56,696 nucleotides of DNA from an uncultured Gammaproteobacteria bacterium (lineage in GTDB: Bacteria > Patescibacteriota > Microgenomatia > 2-02-FULL-39-11): contig CAYGXQ010000006.1 in NCBI GenBank assembly GCA_964354025.1, positions 1 through 56,696 of the forward strand, in the 5' to 3' direction. A model generated the notes under the pieces. The model was not told the origin of the DNA. It saw only the letters and a program-made list of their open reading frames with translations, and did no database searches. Shown here piece after piece: positions 26,534-37,473 of this stretch (position 1 is the first letter of the stretch; the number at the start of each line of letters is the position of its first letter). The translations under genes were made by a program, and so were the position numbers.

Positions 26534-28602
26534 ATTTTTGGGGAAAAATAATACTCAACGGAATGTTGCCCTTTGGGTAAATAAATTACCCTAAAAGCGG
26601 AATTCCCCAATAAAATTTTTCTTTCTTGACCGTCTATCTTCACCTGCCAACCGGGATAAAAAACTTCACTGCTTGAAAGAAAGGCATTACAGGACGAATT
26701 CGTCCGTAAGTATATAGAATTTGCCGAGTAGGAAACTATTTCGACTTTATTTTTTTCGATTGGTGTGCAATCCAAAACGTATTTTTCACCATCAATCAAA
26801 TCGTTTTTTTTCAATAACACGGTTTTTGCCAAATCCTTATCGGTTATCAGGGCTTTTCCCAATTCCTGATCTGTCCGGTACAACTGCGCCTGACTGACAA
26901 AGAAAAAACGTGGTATAAAATTATTATTCCGGTAAAGCCGGTACCTCTCCCCATCCAAAAGCAAAGGATAATTACCGCTTGTATCACCCAATAATCCGTC
27001 AGAATTCTTATCACTAAGAATATATTTCACATTTAAGTAATTAATATATGATGATTTGGGATTAGGCGGCGGAACCTCGACATTGTAATAAGGAATAGAA
27101 GGTACGGAAGCCTTATTTAAAAGATCGATAAAATTGTAATAACGTGATAAAACCATTGAATTATAATCGCTTGTTGAAGGGATCCGGTATAACGAAGCCG
27201 CCCCGAAATCAAAATCACGCCGGACGGTTGAAGTAACCGGAAAATCCGGCAGAATCCTGTAAACATCGGTATCCTTTTTAAGATAATCAATTAACCGGCT
27301 GTCTTCAGTTGCCGTCGGTAAATCAGTCAACCGGATGAAATTCCGGCTAAAAAGGAGTAAATCAAAAGTGATTAATAATAGCAATAATACTTTCAGGATT
27401 TTGCTTTTAATAATTCCGATGATTATCCCGCAAGATAAAGAAAGGGCAAAAGCGACACCGAAAAGATGACGGGCCGGAATCCTTATTCCTTTATAAAACG
27501 GGGTAAAGCGCCAAAAGAACTCATGGATATTCGGTTTGAGATTATTTCCTAAACTGATAAACACAAAGAAAGGGATTACCAAAAAAAGATAAAACCAGAT
27601 TTCTTTATTTATCTTAAATTTAACAACTAACCTAAATTTATTAACCATTGTCAGAAGTAATAATATGCCTGCAGCAATAATCGGGATTATCCCGACATAA
27701 TAGGTAAATTCAAATAAATTCGGCCAGAGACCGGTGTAAGAATAATTATCCCGGAAAGGCATACCCAAAAAAAATGGCTTGATGAAAAGCCAAAGGCCGG
27801 AAGGAGATATTGCTCCCCCACCGGCAAGCGAATACGGAATACCGCCTGACCTGATTGAGTGGACGATAAATTCCATTCTCGGTAATATTTCACAAGCGGC
27901 CAATCCGAAAGCAACTGAAAGGGAAACCAGTAAGACTTTTGCATATCTGATAACTGACAGTCGCAATTGTATGCGTCTGTTAAGTATCAAAAACAAAATA
28001 TATAAAGTGATCAGTTCCAAAGTAAACAGGAAAAAAAGCTCATTGCCTGCCAGAAGCAAAACCGTCAGGCCCAAAGCAGACAATAATATTTTTTTCTTCG
28101 ATGGTCCAAGTAAGGCGTTTCGGGTACAGCCAAAAGCCAGAGGCACCCAGGAAGCTGCATCAACATACTCCAGGTGGCCGCTGTAGATCCTGGCGGCAAA
28201 AAATCCGCTGAAGGAATAAATGACCGCTGCGGCGGTTGCTCCCAACCGGCCGGTATATTGCCTGGCCAACCAGTACATATTTATTCCGGCAATCACGATA
28301 TGGAGAAAAAAATACCAGGCGAAAGAGTAGTTTAATGGCAAAATGACAAATAACCAGTTCGGCGGATAGAAAATATTGATGTTCGGGTGGGCCAAAAATG
28401 GAGTCCCTGAAAAATTATAAGGATTCCAGAAAGGGATAAATCCGTTGAGGATACTTTCTCTTAAATAATTTTTCCAGTAAAAATAAGCGTCGTAAATATC
28501 CATCCCGAAAATCATTTTCCCTTCAGGCGGAAATAAAGTATTTCCGAAAAGAATTAAGGCAAGAAAAATAAAAATTAATATCGGGATATATTTATTCTTC
28601 AT
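26443..28602 (-). CDS. YfhO-family membrane glycosyltransferase
   Basis: PFWNPYNFSGTPFLA, FYPPNW, RIPAR, YPGWQVKIDG. Confidence 0.85.
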   Translation of the reverse strand: MKNKYIPILIFIFLALILFGNTLFPPEGKMIFGMDIYDAYFYWKNYLRESILNGFIPFWNPYNFSGTPFLAHPNINIFYPPNWLFVILPLNYSFAWYFFLHIVIAGINMYWLARQYTGRLGATAAAVIYSFSGFFAARIYSGHLEYVDAASWVPLAFGCTRNALLGPSKKKILLSALGLTVLLLAGNELFFLFTLELITLYILFLILNRRIQLRLSVIRYAKVLLVSLSVAFGLAACEILPRMEFIVHSIRSGGIPYSLAGGGAISPSGLWLFIKPFFLGMPFRDNYSYTGLWPNLFEFTYYVGIIPIIAAGILLLLTMVNKFRLVVKFKINKEIWFYLFLVIPFFVFISLGNNLKPNIHEFFWRFTPFYKGIRIPARHLFGVAFALSLSCGIIIGIIKSKILKVLLLLLITFDLLLFSRNFIRLTDLPTATEDSRLIDYLKKDTDVYRILPDFPVTSTVRRDFDFGAASLYRIPSTSDYNSMVLSRYYNFIDLLNKASVPSIPYYNVEVPPPNPKSSYINYLNVKYILSDKNSDGLLGDTSGNYPLLLDGERYRLYRNNNFIPRFFFVSQAQLYRTDQELGKALITDKDLAKTVLLKKNDLIDGEKYVLDCTPIEKNKVEIVSYSANSIYLRTNSSCNAFLSSSEVFYPGWQVKIDGQERKILLGNSAFRVIYLPKGQHSVEYYFSPKIYFFGLFITLFSLLLFWKIYTSGTSREVKE

Positions 28603-29969
28603 CTTTTATTTAATTCCGTAACCAGTTTTTCCGCTTCCGTGGCCAGGTTTTTATCATTCTCCGCCATATTTTTCTCTTCGTCATCCAACCATTGATTGGC
28701 TTTCATCCTTGTATTTATCCTTCTGGCGTTACTCAATCTGGTGTTCAGCAGGTTCACCAAGTTCGTTAATTTATACTGATCAACTCCGTCTGCCTGTTTA
28801 AGCGCCTCCCAGGAAGGCAATATTTTTTCTAAATTCTCAATCAAGCTTTGCCAACTGTCTGTCTGCTCCTTGGAATAATTCGGCGGCACGTAGCCTCCGA
28901 AATGGACAACAACCGCCTGCACCGGACAACCGTCTATCTCTCCCAAGACTGCCGACAATCCAATGTCCTGGTATTGATCGGAAAAAAGGATTTTTTGGGT
29001 ATCCGGAAATTCCAGGAGATTGTCCAAAAGCTCGTCCGCTTCGTAAAAACCGCGGCTGTAGACTTCGGCGAAAATGATATTACGGTAGCCTGATTGTCTG
29101 ACGGCTTTTTCCAAAGTCATTCCGCTTCGGGTAGCATCCGGCGAAAAATCGTCATTTTTGATCATTGCTTCTCCGCGGATTTTGGCGGAAGCATCCAAAA
29201 GAGACTGGTATTTATACTCTTTCCGCTTTTGTTCAAGTCTTTTTGCATTTAAGAGTCCGATAAATTTTTGAGGATCCAAAGTAGTGGTATGGGCTAAAGA
29301 GAAATCAGCGATCGTATCCCGCCAGCTCTTTTTATATTCTTCCTGCTCTTTCCAGGGAATTACATAATGAATATCATTGAGACTGACCAATCCCAACTCA
29401 TACCTCGAATCTAAACTGGCTTTCCGGTTATCACCCATTACAAAAACAAAACCCTGCGGAATGGTCATTTTCTTGCAGTCAGACAGATAGTCTCCGCCGT
29501 AAGTCGAACGGGCTTTGGCAATATACGGTTCGGTTAAGAGTTTGCCGTTGACGGAAACGAAACCGTCACGAAGATCAATTGTATCCCCGGCTTTACCAAT
29601 CACTCTTTTTACAAAACCGGCATCTTCACCGTATTTTTCTCGGGATAAACCTTCTGTTTTTCTGTTTTGGAATTCGACGATATCACCGTTTTGCAAAGTA
29701 TAGTCAAAAAGATGTTTATCGAAAATAGATAATCCCGAGGGGTATTTTTTCATCTGCGGCCAGGCGACAATCTCCTGAGCTCTAACTAAATCATTTGCTC
29801 CTACTCCTTTGGGGAAAGTCGGATACATGCTGCCGGTTCCGGCTATCATGATTGATTCTTTTTTGACGCCGATTTGGATAAGAAAATAATTGAAATAAGG
29901 AACTAACGAAATAATTAAGACAATTGTCGAGATAAAAATAGAAAAAATAAGGAGTATCCTTTTTACCAT
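28599..29969 (-). CDS. lepB: Signal peptidase I fused to a CAP-like domain
   Basis: GSMYPT, VKRVIG, GDNR..SLDSR; C-terminal half has CAP-like LNAKR...YQDIGLS...VVVHFG. Confidence 0.8.
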   Translation of the reverse strand: MVKRILLIFSIFISTIVLIISLVPYFNYFLIQIGVKKESIMIAGTGSMYPTFPKGVGANDLVRAQEIVAWPQMKKYPSGLSIFDKHLFDYTLQNGDIVEFQNRKTEGLSREKYGEDAGFVKRVIGKAGDTIDLRDGFVSVNGKLLTEPYIAKARSTYGGDYLSDCKKMTIPQGFVFVMGDNRKASLDSRYELGLVSLNDIHYVIPWKEQEEYKKSWRDTIADFSLAHTTTLDPQKFIGLLNAKRLEQKRKEYKYQSLLDASAKIRGEAMIKNDDFSPDATRSGMTLEKAVRQSGYRNIIFAEVYSRGFYEADELLDNLLEFPDTQKILFSDQYQDIGLSAVLGEIDGCPVQAVVVHFGGYVPPNYSKEQTDSWQSLIENLEKILPSWEALKQADGVDQYKLTNLVNLLNTRLSNARRINTRMKANQWLDDEEKNMAENDKNLATEAEKLVTELNKR

Positions 29970-29988
29970 AACGCCTAAGTGAAGTTAG

Positions 29989-30089
29989 TACTGTATTTCG
30001 TGAATATTCCGGTATAAAGATTTTTCTTCGAACCTCTGTACTGATCTATCACGGCACTGATAACGCCGCGAAATTAACGAAATACAGTA
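29989..30089. mobile_element. 101-bp MITE, 13-bp perfect TIR TACTGTATTTCGT, TTAG target duplication
   Basis: ttag at 29985-29988 and 30090-30093; related to 36044-36144. Confidence 0.85.
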
Positions 30090-30129
30090 TTAGTATAGGA
30101 GAAAAATCAGGGGATGTAAACCAATATTA

Positions 30130-30783
30130 TTAGGCTGAGTAGGCTTTTTTCCTGAAAAATAAACCGACTGAAAGAGCGGTCGCCAAACCACCGAAGGAAA
30201 GTATCCAATGTTCGGGACCGGCTTTCGGGACTGAAGGAACAACTGGCGGCTTTTCGATGCAAAACTGGCTTTCATCATGGTCTTTTTGGAATGAAGTATC
30301 CGCGTCTGCGATATTTACCGGACAAACGACTGATTTTTCCGCCGGCAAGACCGCCTGATGGACAATTCTGGCTTTGACGTCAAAAGTCCTTGTCGTACCG
30401 CCATAAAGATTATCAACGGTAAAAGTCAAAGTTCGGGAAGAATTGTCGTAATTGCCCGGACCGGACATGAAATCAATAAACTGGGGAATTTTGTCAACGA
30501 CCGTCACCCGATCAATCGTCTCATCACCGGTATTTTTGATAAAAAGACGGAAGGTAACAATGCCGGTCGGCCGATACTTGGGATCGGATAAACCGAGGTT
30601 GTCGACAAAGATTCCTGTAGCCGGATTCATGACTTTTTTATCCAGTAAAACCTGGGCTGCTTGGGGACATTGGACACCGCCGCCATATACCGGCACGCAA
30701 CCGCCACTGGCTGATACTCTAGTGGCTTTTGAGGCTAAAGATAGAAAAAATGTTGCCAAAAAAATGAAAAAAGTTTTTTTCAT
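30130..30783 (-). CDS. Secreted DUF11-like protein with sorting signal VPKAG
   Basis: Signal peptide; IKNTG...VVDKIP; VPKAG + TM + RKK tail. Confidence 0.78.
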   Translation of the reverse strand: MKKTFFIFLATFFLSLASKATRVSASGGCVPVYGGGVQCPQAAQVLLDKKVMNPATGIFVDNLGLSDPKYRPTGIVTFRLFIKNTGDETIDRVTVVDKIPQFIDFMSGPGNYDNSSRTLTFTVDNLYGGTTRTFDVKARIVHQAVLPAEKSVVCPVNIADADTSFQKDHDESQFCIEKPPVVPSVPKAGPEHWILSFGGLATALSVGLFFRKKAYSA

Positions 30784-30874
30784 AATTGATTTTGGCGATT
30801 ATAGCACCTATAGTTTACCTTGTCAAGCGCTATAGGTTATGGAAATCGTGAATTAAATCAGTTAAAATTAGAAA

Positions 30875-32107
30875 ATGAAACCGAAGCTATCCCCTTTCAG
30901 AGCGCTGCAATTCCATAATTATCGTCTTTTTTTTATCGCTTACCTCATTTCCCGAATTGGTGCGGAGATGCAGGCCGTTACCCTTAATTGGCACATCTAC
31001 CAGATGACTAATACCACTTGGTCGCTGGCTTTAATCGGACTATCCCGGTTTATCCCGATTATCGTGTTTTCCTTAATTGGCGGTATGGTGGCTGATATCA
31101 TTAACCGCAAAATAACACTCATCATTTCCCAGATCTGCCTGACTTTTATTGCCTTACTGTATTTTGTAACAACCGTAAACGGTACGATTACGCCGCTGAT
31201 TATCTATATTTTAGTAGCTTTGGGAGCAATCGTTGCCTCATTTGATACGCCGGCTAGGCAATCTATCCTTCCTTCAATTATTCCCAAAAAGTATTTTATT
31301 AATGCCGTCGGCCTCAATACGATTATGTGGCAGACGGCCGTTGTTTTGGGACCGAGCCTGGCCGGATTTATGATAGCCGGCATGGGTGAAAAAGGAGTCT
31401 ACCTCATTAATACTCTCTGTTTTCTTGCATCTATAATCGCCCTTTTCGGCCTCCATCCGACAAAAACAGTCGTGGAAAAACCGGTTTCCTTCAACTTGGC
31501 TTCCATATGGGAGGGTTTATCTTTTGTCAAAAATTCCCCGATCATCTACTCAACTATGCTTCTGGATTTCTTTGCCACTTTTTTTGCTTCGGCGACCGTC
31601 CTTCTGCCTGTCTTTGCCAAGGATATCCTTAAAGTCGGCCCGCAAGGATTAGGCATCTTATACGCCGCTCCGTCTCTGGGTGCGATCCTGGCCGGTCTTT
31701 TCGTCTCTTCACTCGGACATATCCGCCATCAAGGCAGAATCCTGATTATTTCCGTCTTTGTTTACGGTCTGGCAACCGTTTTATTCGGTATCACCAAATC
31801 TTTCCCTTTGGCTCTGGTCTTTTTGGCTTTGACCGGCATGGGTGATGTCGTCAGTACAATTATCAGAAACACGATCCGCCAGTTGAAAACCCCGGACCAC
31901 CTGCGCGGCCGGATGATTTCCGTCAATATGATCTTTTTCATGGGCGGGCCGCAGTTGGGAGAAGCCGAAGCTGGAATATTGGCGGCCTTGGTCGGAACTC
32001 CGGCTTCCGTGGTGGTTGGCGGAGTCGGTACTTTGGTAGCGACTGCTTTAATCGCTATACTGGTCCCGAAACTGCGAAAGTATCACGGCGATGAAGTTGT
32101 CGTTTAA
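30875..32107 (+). CDS. MFS transporter (EntS/DHA3-like)
   Basis: GGMVADIINRK, FDTPARQS, TPDHLRGR; about 12 TM. Confidence 0.9.
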   Translation: MKPKLSPFRALQFHNYRLFFIAYLISRIGAEMQAVTLNWHIYQMTNTTWSLALIGLSRFIPIIVFSLIGGMVADIINRKITLIISQICLTFIALLYFVTTVNGTITPLIIYILVALGAIVASFDTPARQSILPSIIPKKYFINAVGLNTIMWQTAVVLGPSLAGFMIAGMGEKGVYLINTLCFLASIIALFGLHPTKTVVEKPVSFNLASIWEGLSFVKNSPIIYSTMLLDFFATFFASATVLLPVFAKDILKVGPQGLGILYAAPSLGAILAGLFVSSLGHIRHQGRILIISVFVYGLATVLFGITKSFPLALVFLALTGMGDVVSTIIRNTIRQLKTPDHLRGRMISVNMIFFMGGPQLGEAEAGILAALVGTPASVVVGGVGTLVATALIAILVPKLRKYHGDEVVV

Positions 32108-32113
32108 AATCCT

Positions 32114-33631
32114 ATGAGTATTATTGATCCGGAACTTATTTCTGTTTCTTTTCAGGATCTATCCCGTGATTTTGAAGAACTAATTTTTTTCTGTCAATCA
32201 GCACTGGATAACTTAACTGACCTTCAAAAACAACTAAATAGAGTAAAAAGGCATCTCCGGCCGGCAATTTATTCCCAAATCGAGAAAAAAACCGCCGAGG
32301 AAACGGAAAAATTCCGTCAATTGCAAAAAGAATTAAGCTTGTATCTCCAAACGGTAAAAACCGGTAATCAAACAATTGACAATCTTACTTCATTAACTAG
32401 TACCAAAAACACCTATTTTGAATTGATAAGAATTGCCCGAAATCTCCTGGGCAGTACGGCAACAGCCACTGATTGGCAGTCACCTTCTTATTTACATAGC
32501 CAATATTCCCAGGCCGGCAAACAAACCGGGGAAATAATCGGTACGATCAATGATTATAAAAGAGATATTCATCTTGATGAGCTTAATTTTGAAAAAATAT
32601 TTCTTCAGGAATACGTCGATTGTCCTTTGAAATTCCGTTATTACGCTTACCTGACCAATAGCGGCATGACAGCCTTTACGACTATTTTTGTTTTTCTTCT
32701 GTCAGAAGGAAAAATAAAAAACAAAGTAATGATTGGAAAAAATTCTTATTTCCAATACAAGCAGATATTAGTAAACAGCCTGAAAGATAAAATCATTGAG
32801 GTTGAAGAAGACGATACGGACAAAATAATAAAATTAATTAATGAAGAAAAACCCAGCGTCATTTTCTTCGACTCTCTCTGTAATGCTTATTCGCTTCCCA
32901 CGCCTGACTTGGACAGGATAATTGAAATCCTCCGAAAAAACGTCCGGGAAGAAACTTACCTGGTCATTGATAATACCTGTTTGGCTGCTTCCTACCAGCC
33001 TTTGAGAAAAATCGGCTGGGGCGGCAAACTACACCTGATCGTCTTTGAAAGTCTGAATAAATATTACCAGTTCGGCATGGACCGGGTAACTGCCGGCATC
33101 ATCATCGCCCGGCAGCCGGAAGTATTAAAAATATTTGAATACCGCAAACACAGCGGCACCAACATCACCGACAGCAGTGTTTATGCCCTGCCGAAACCGA
33201 ACAGGAAACTGCTGATAAAAAGACTGGCCAGACACCAAAGGAATGCTTTTTATCTTGCTGATAAAATCCAAACCCATCTCAACCAAAAACCAAGTAAGCT
33301 GATCGAAAAGATTATCTATCCTGGATTACCTAATCATCCCAGTTACAAATGGAACAAACATCTTCCTTTTAAGGGCAGCTTCTTCAATTTGCAGTTTCGC
33401 CGAGGCAACAGTGTGCGGGTTTATAAGAAATTCATCGCGAAAGTTATGAAGGAAGCGAGCAAACAAAAAGTAAACCTGATTGCCGGCACCAGCTTCGGTC
33501 TGAACACAACCAGAGTCTATCTGACTTCCCTTTGGACAAACTTTGGCCGGCCTTTTGTCAGAATTTCAGTCGGTACAGAAAACCTGTGGGAGATGGAGAA
33601 AATATTGAGAGTCTTTTTATCAGTAATTTAA
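32114..33631 (+). CDS. PLP-dependent transferase, Cys/Met metabolism family (divergent)
   Basis: SGMTA, VIDNT, ESLNKY, YPGL..HP, RISVGTE. Confidence 0.8.
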   Translation: MSIIDPELISVSFQDLSRDFEELIFFCQSALDNLTDLQKQLNRVKRHLRPAIYSQIEKKTAEETEKFRQLQKELSLYLQTVKTGNQTIDNLTSLTSTKNTYFELIRIARNLLGSTATATDWQSPSYLHSQYSQAGKQTGEIIGTINDYKRDIHLDELNFEKIFLQEYVDCPLKFRYYAYLTNSGMTAFTTIFVFLLSEGKIKNKVMIGKNSYFQYKQILVNSLKDKIIEVEEDDTDKIIKLINEEKPSVIFFDSLCNAYSLPTPDLDRIIEILRKNVREETYLVIDNTCLAASYQPLRKIGWGGKLHLIVFESLNKYYQFGMDRVTAGIIIARQPEVLKIFEYRKHSGTNITDSSVYALPKPNRKLLIKRLARHQRNAFYLADKIQTHLNQKPSKLIEKIIYPGLPNHPSYKWNKHLPFKGSFFNLQFRRGNSVRVYKKFIAKVMKEASKQKVNLIAGTSFGLNTTRVYLTSLWTNFGRPFVRISVGTENLWEMEKILRVFLSVI

Positions 33632-34713
33632 TTTAGTTTTTGAAGAGTGATGATTCCGAATAAGACATTCTGCAAATGAATCTTGTTGAAATGATCCAAG
33701 AGTTTTTTGATACTCTGTGAATATTTACGGTAATCTGCCACCTCCTCATCTAAAATCAATTTATCGGTAGAGATGGCATAAGCATATTGGTAAATATCCA
33801 TTTTCGACAGTTCTTGGAAAGTGAAACGGATATTTTTATCAGAAATCCATTTTTTAATCAGCGTTTCTTTCATATCAGCGGCAAATTCCCCAACTCTGCT
33901 GATTACTTGGCAGATACCGCCTTTATTCAGGTGCTTTGAGGCGCTATTTACAATCTTTTGGAGTATCTGAAAGCCGTATCTTCCCCCGTTTTTGTAAAGA
34001 AAGGTTTTTTCTAAAGTGATTTCATAAGGAGGATTGGCTAAAATCAGGTCAAATTTTCCGTTTTCAACCGGTTGATACAAATCACCACAGATAAATTGGC
34101 AATTGGAAATATTATTTAATAATGCGTTAAATTGGGAAAAATTAATTGCCCGGGAATTGATATCAATCCCGATTACGAAGCGGCTGTATTTTGAGGCAAC
34201 CAGACTTAAAATCCCGCAACCGCAGCCTAAATCAAGGGTGGATATGACCGGCTTACAAACTGCCGTTTCTAAAAGAGTAACCGAATCCAAACTGACCGGA
34301 TAAACAAGTTCATCATATTTCTTTTTACTTGTTGGAAAATTATTTATCCTAAGTAAGAAATCGCTAGCAAAATAAAATGATCGGTAAGGAATTATTGTAA
34401 CTAGGGACCGGAAAAAATGACCTCCAGTTTTTTCCAGGATTTTTATCTTAATCAGTGCTTCAATGTCATTGGTTGAAAATAATTTTTTGATAATTTTTTG
34501 CTCCAATTTATCACCAAGAAAGAAAAGTTGGAATAAAATACCAAAGGAAGTCTCAGGAGGATTACGGTATGCCAAAATCGGCAAATCATATAGGGCGACG
34601 GTAAAAGGATTAATACCTGACTGCAATAAATTCCCGTAAGTGTAATTATTTTTCTTCAAAATCTCCCGAAATTTCTTCAGGAATTGTTTATTGATTAATT
34701 GGATAGGAAACAT
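33628..34713 (-). CDS. Class I SAM methyltransferase (NPPY type)
   Basis: LDLGCGCG, DIN.RA, FDLILANPPY. Confidence 0.85.
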   Translation of the reverse strand: MFPIQLINKQFLKKFREILKKNNYTYGNLLQSGINPFTVALYDLPILAYRNPPETSFGILFQLFFLGDKLEQKIIKKLFSTNDIEALIKIKILEKTGGHFFRSLVTIIPYRSFYFASDFLLRINNFPTSKKKYDELVYPVSLDSVTLLETAVCKPVISTLDLGCGCGILSLVASKYSRFVIGIDINSRAINFSQFNALLNNISNCQFICGDLYQPVENGKFDLILANPPYEITLEKTFLYKNGGRYGFQILQKIVNSASKHLNKGGICQVISRVGEFAADMKETLIKKWISDKNIRFTFQELSKMDIYQYAYAISTDKLILDEEVADYRKYSQSIKKLLDHFNKIHLQNVLFGIITLQKLN

Positions 34714-34748
34714 AATTGATATTTTAGTATAATTAATTTGTTTTAGAT

Positions 34749-35531
34749 ATGAGTCAGCAATATGATTTCGCCCTCAGCTTGTCCGGAGGAGGATTAAGCG
34801 CCATCGCCTATGCCGGCTTTGCCGATGTTTTGAAAGAACATCATCTCAAACCGGCCTGCTATGCCGGTTTAAGCGGAGGAGCGGTTTTGAGTGTTCTTTT
34901 AGCTTCCGAAGTCCCGACTCCTGAGATAATCAGGTTCATCAATAAGTTAAAAACGTTCAGCATCTTAAACACCCATTGGCATCACTTCGAAGTGATTGAC
35001 CATCATAAGCTGACGGAACTGATCCGCGGACTCCTCCCATATAAGACGTTCGAACAACTGCCAACGCCGGTGGTGGTTTTTACGTCCGACCTGACGAAAA
35101 AAGAGACAGTTTTACTCAAAACCGGTGATATCGCTTCAGCTTTAGTTGCCGCCTGCAGCATGTACCCCATGCTCCAACCGGTTAAACGGCGCGGTTTGAT
35201 CCTGGGTGACGGAGGCTTTACCGTTTATTACGGAGCACAGTATCTGCATGAACTGGGTTATAAAAAGATCATTGGGGTTGATGTGACCGGCTTAACCGAA
35301 GGCACTTTTAAGGGGGTATTAAGCGCTTTATATAAACAAATTAACTCATCATTAACCTCCAATGCCCGTTATGAGTTATCCGAATGGCCGGTTGATCTGG
35401 ATATCCAAATCCGTTACCCCTCACCGACGATATTGAATTTTAACCGGAAAGCGAATTACCTTATTTCTTTAGGCAGAAAATCAGCGGAAAAATATCTTCA
35501 CTCAATTAAAAAAATTATCTCTCAACCATGA
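34749..35531 (+). CDS. Patatin-like phospholipase
   Basis: SGGG, GLSGG, DGG. Confidence 0.88.
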   Translation: MSQQYDFALSLSGGGLSAIAYAGFADVLKEHHLKPACYAGLSGGAVLSVLLASEVPTPEIIRFINKLKTFSILNTHWHHFEVIDHHKLTELIRGLLPYKTFEQLPTPVVVFTSDLTKKETVLLKTGDIASALVAACSMYPMLQPVKRRGLILGDGGFTVYYGAQYLHELGYKKIIGVDVTGLTEGTFKGVLSALYKQINSSLTSNARYELSEWPVDLDIQIRYPSPTILNFNRKANYLISLGRKSAEKYLHSIKKIISQP

Positions 35532-36034
35532 AAAATAAACTGGTGTTAAAAATTATTATAATTATTGTCCTCTTGTGCCGGATAGGCGTACCATTTCTGA
35601 TATTTTCATACCCGCTTCAGACTTTCTTGCTAACTATCATTCTTGACTATTTTGACGGACTACTGTTTAACCGTTTAGGTGTCCGCTGGTATCAATATAA
35701 TACCATCGACAAAATTCTCGATTACTGGTGGTATTTCTTTATTTTATTGTTTTTACGCGGACAACCGGTTTTTACGATTGGTTTAATACTTTTTCTCTTC
35801 CGGGGTATCGGGCAATTTATCGGCATTGTAAAGAGAAATGAAAAAGTTTATTTATATTTTCCGAATATTTTAGAATGGTTTTTTCTGACAAATCTTTTAT
35901 TCCCAAATTCCAACACTTTTGTTTTACTTCTTGTTAGTATCTGCTGGTCGCTTTTTGTCGAATGGTTAATCCACAAAAGCCATCTGCACCTCATCTCAAA
36001 GTATATTTTCCATCAGGAAATGAAGTGGAAGTAA
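35528..36034 (+). CDS. Membrane protein (CDP-alcohol phosphotransferase-like DxxDG motif)
   Basis: LDYFDG...DKILD, FPNILE; hydrophobic; ATGA overlap with the patatin gene. Confidence 0.6.
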   Translation: MKNKLVLKIIIIIVLLCRIGVPFLIFSYPLQTFLLTIILDYFDGLLFNRLGVRWYQYNTIDKILDYWWYFFILLFLRGQPVFTIGLILFLFRGIGQFIGIVKRNEKVYLYFPNILEWFFLTNLLFPNSNTFVLLLVSICWSLFVEWLIHKSHLHLISKYIFHQEMKWK

Positions 36035-36043
36035 TTTGACTAG

Positions 36044-36144
36044 TACTGTATTTCGTATGTTTCCCTGTTTCACTTAACGTATAGAGGTTGTTCTTATGCG
36101 ACAAAAGGATATCAATGACACCGGAACATTCACGAAATACAGTA
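36044..36144. mobile_element. 101-bp MITE, same TIR, CTAG target duplication, opposite orientation to the 29989 copy
   Basis: ctag at 36040-36043 and 36145-36148. Confidence 0.85.
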
Positions 36145-36315
36145 CTAGGGGTATCACCGGATAACAATCAACTTAATTGCGGATAGTGGCATTTCTTGAA
36201 ATGCCAGTCAAATAGGGTACCATATGAAGCTAAATAATAGGCTTTGCAGCATACCTCTAACCCATTCTAATTCTTCCCTTTTGTAATAGACAGTCACAGA
36301 TTTTGTTTTTAAGCA

Positions 36316-37077
36316 TTATTTTTTAGGAGGTAAGGGGAAAAATACGCTTGTCCGTTTTTTATATTCTTCAAAATCTTTTCTTCCCAAATACTTTTTCTCC
36401 AAAAGTGGTATTCCGGAAACAAAAAGTATCAAATACGTAATTGTTAATGGACCAACAATTGTGATTATTCCGTTCGGAATGGTTAATGCAATGATAAATA
36501 TTCCCCACCATTGGGTAACTTCACCGAAATAATTCGGGTGACGGGAATACTGCCAAAGCCCTCTGTCCATCAATTTACCTTTATTTGCAGGGTTACTTAT
36601 AAATTCTTTTAGCTGCCTGTCAGCTGTAGTCTCAAAATAAAACCCGATTCCCCAAACAAGCAGTCCAACAACTTCCAAAATTCCAAAAACACTTGAAATC
36701 GAACTATTAATAAACATTACGGGAAGGGAAATCATAAAAAGAAACGTTCCTTGCAGTAAGAAAATCTGCAAATAACTTCTTAAGTAAAAGTTTTTCCATG
36801 TTTTCCTACACTCCAAATACCTTGAATCTTCCCCTCTTTTTTTATTACGGTTGTAAATATGTAAGGCAAGGCGCAGTCCCCAGACGGTTACCATACTATT
36901 GATCAAAAGAGCTTTGAAAGAAAAACCGGACAGGAAAAACGACAACCAAGCCATAAGTACAAATCCCAATCCCCAAGCAATATCTGCAATATCGTTGCGT
37001 TTCTTAAATATTGAAAGAATAAACCAGCCGGTCATGTAAAAAAATAGGGTTATAGCAAGAATGGGATAATAGTTCAT
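36316..37077 (-). CDS. DUF1295 / steroid 5-alpha-reductase-like membrane protein
   Basis: [31 protein letters not shown]. Confidence 0.9.
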   Translation of the reverse strand: MNYYPILAITLFFYMTGWFILSIFKKRNDIADIAWGLGFVLMAWLSFFLSGFSFKALLINSMVTVWGLRLALHIYNRNKKRGEDSRYLECRKTWKNFYLRSYLQIFLLQGTFLFMISLPVMFINSSISSVFGILEVVGLLVWGIGFYFETTADRQLKEFISNPANKGKLMDRGLWQYSRHPNYFGEVTQWWGIFIIALTIPNGIITIVGPLTITYLILFVSGIPLLEKKYLGRKDFEEYKKRTSVFFPLPPKK

Positions 37078-37472
37078 AATCCGAACTTAAGAGCTAAAAA
37101 GTAGGTGGCAACAGAAACTGCAGCAGATACAAACATTCCCCAAATAAGGTCAACTATTGTGACAATAACCGGCCAGTCTTTGATGGTCGCCAGGTTTGTC
37201 AAATCATAAGTGGCATAGGTAATAAGCCCGAATAAGACTCCCATTATCAATGCATTTTGCCAGGAATTTTTATCCAAAGCCGGCTCTATAACAAATAGTA
37301 TCAGCCCCACGATAAATAACAGGTAAAAAATAAGAGCAGCTATCCAATTCACGTTGGTTTTCATTAAGAATCCTATTTGTTTAGCGTAGAAATTTTTCGC
37401 AACCAGCCCAAGCCAGACCATATCGATAGCAAGAAATACTGGAAGAGCAATTATATAGAGTTTGATAAACAT
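37074..37472 (-). CDS. DUF2177 membrane protein
   Basis: [23 protein letters not shown]. Confidence 0.85.
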   Translation of the reverse strand: MFIKLYIIALPVFLAIDMVWLGLVAKNFYAKQIGFLMKTNVNWIAALIFYLLFIVGLILFVIEPALDKNSWQNALIMGVLFGLITYATYDLTNLATIKDWPVIVTIVDLIWGMFVSAAVSVATYFLALKFGL

Positions 37473-37473
37473 A

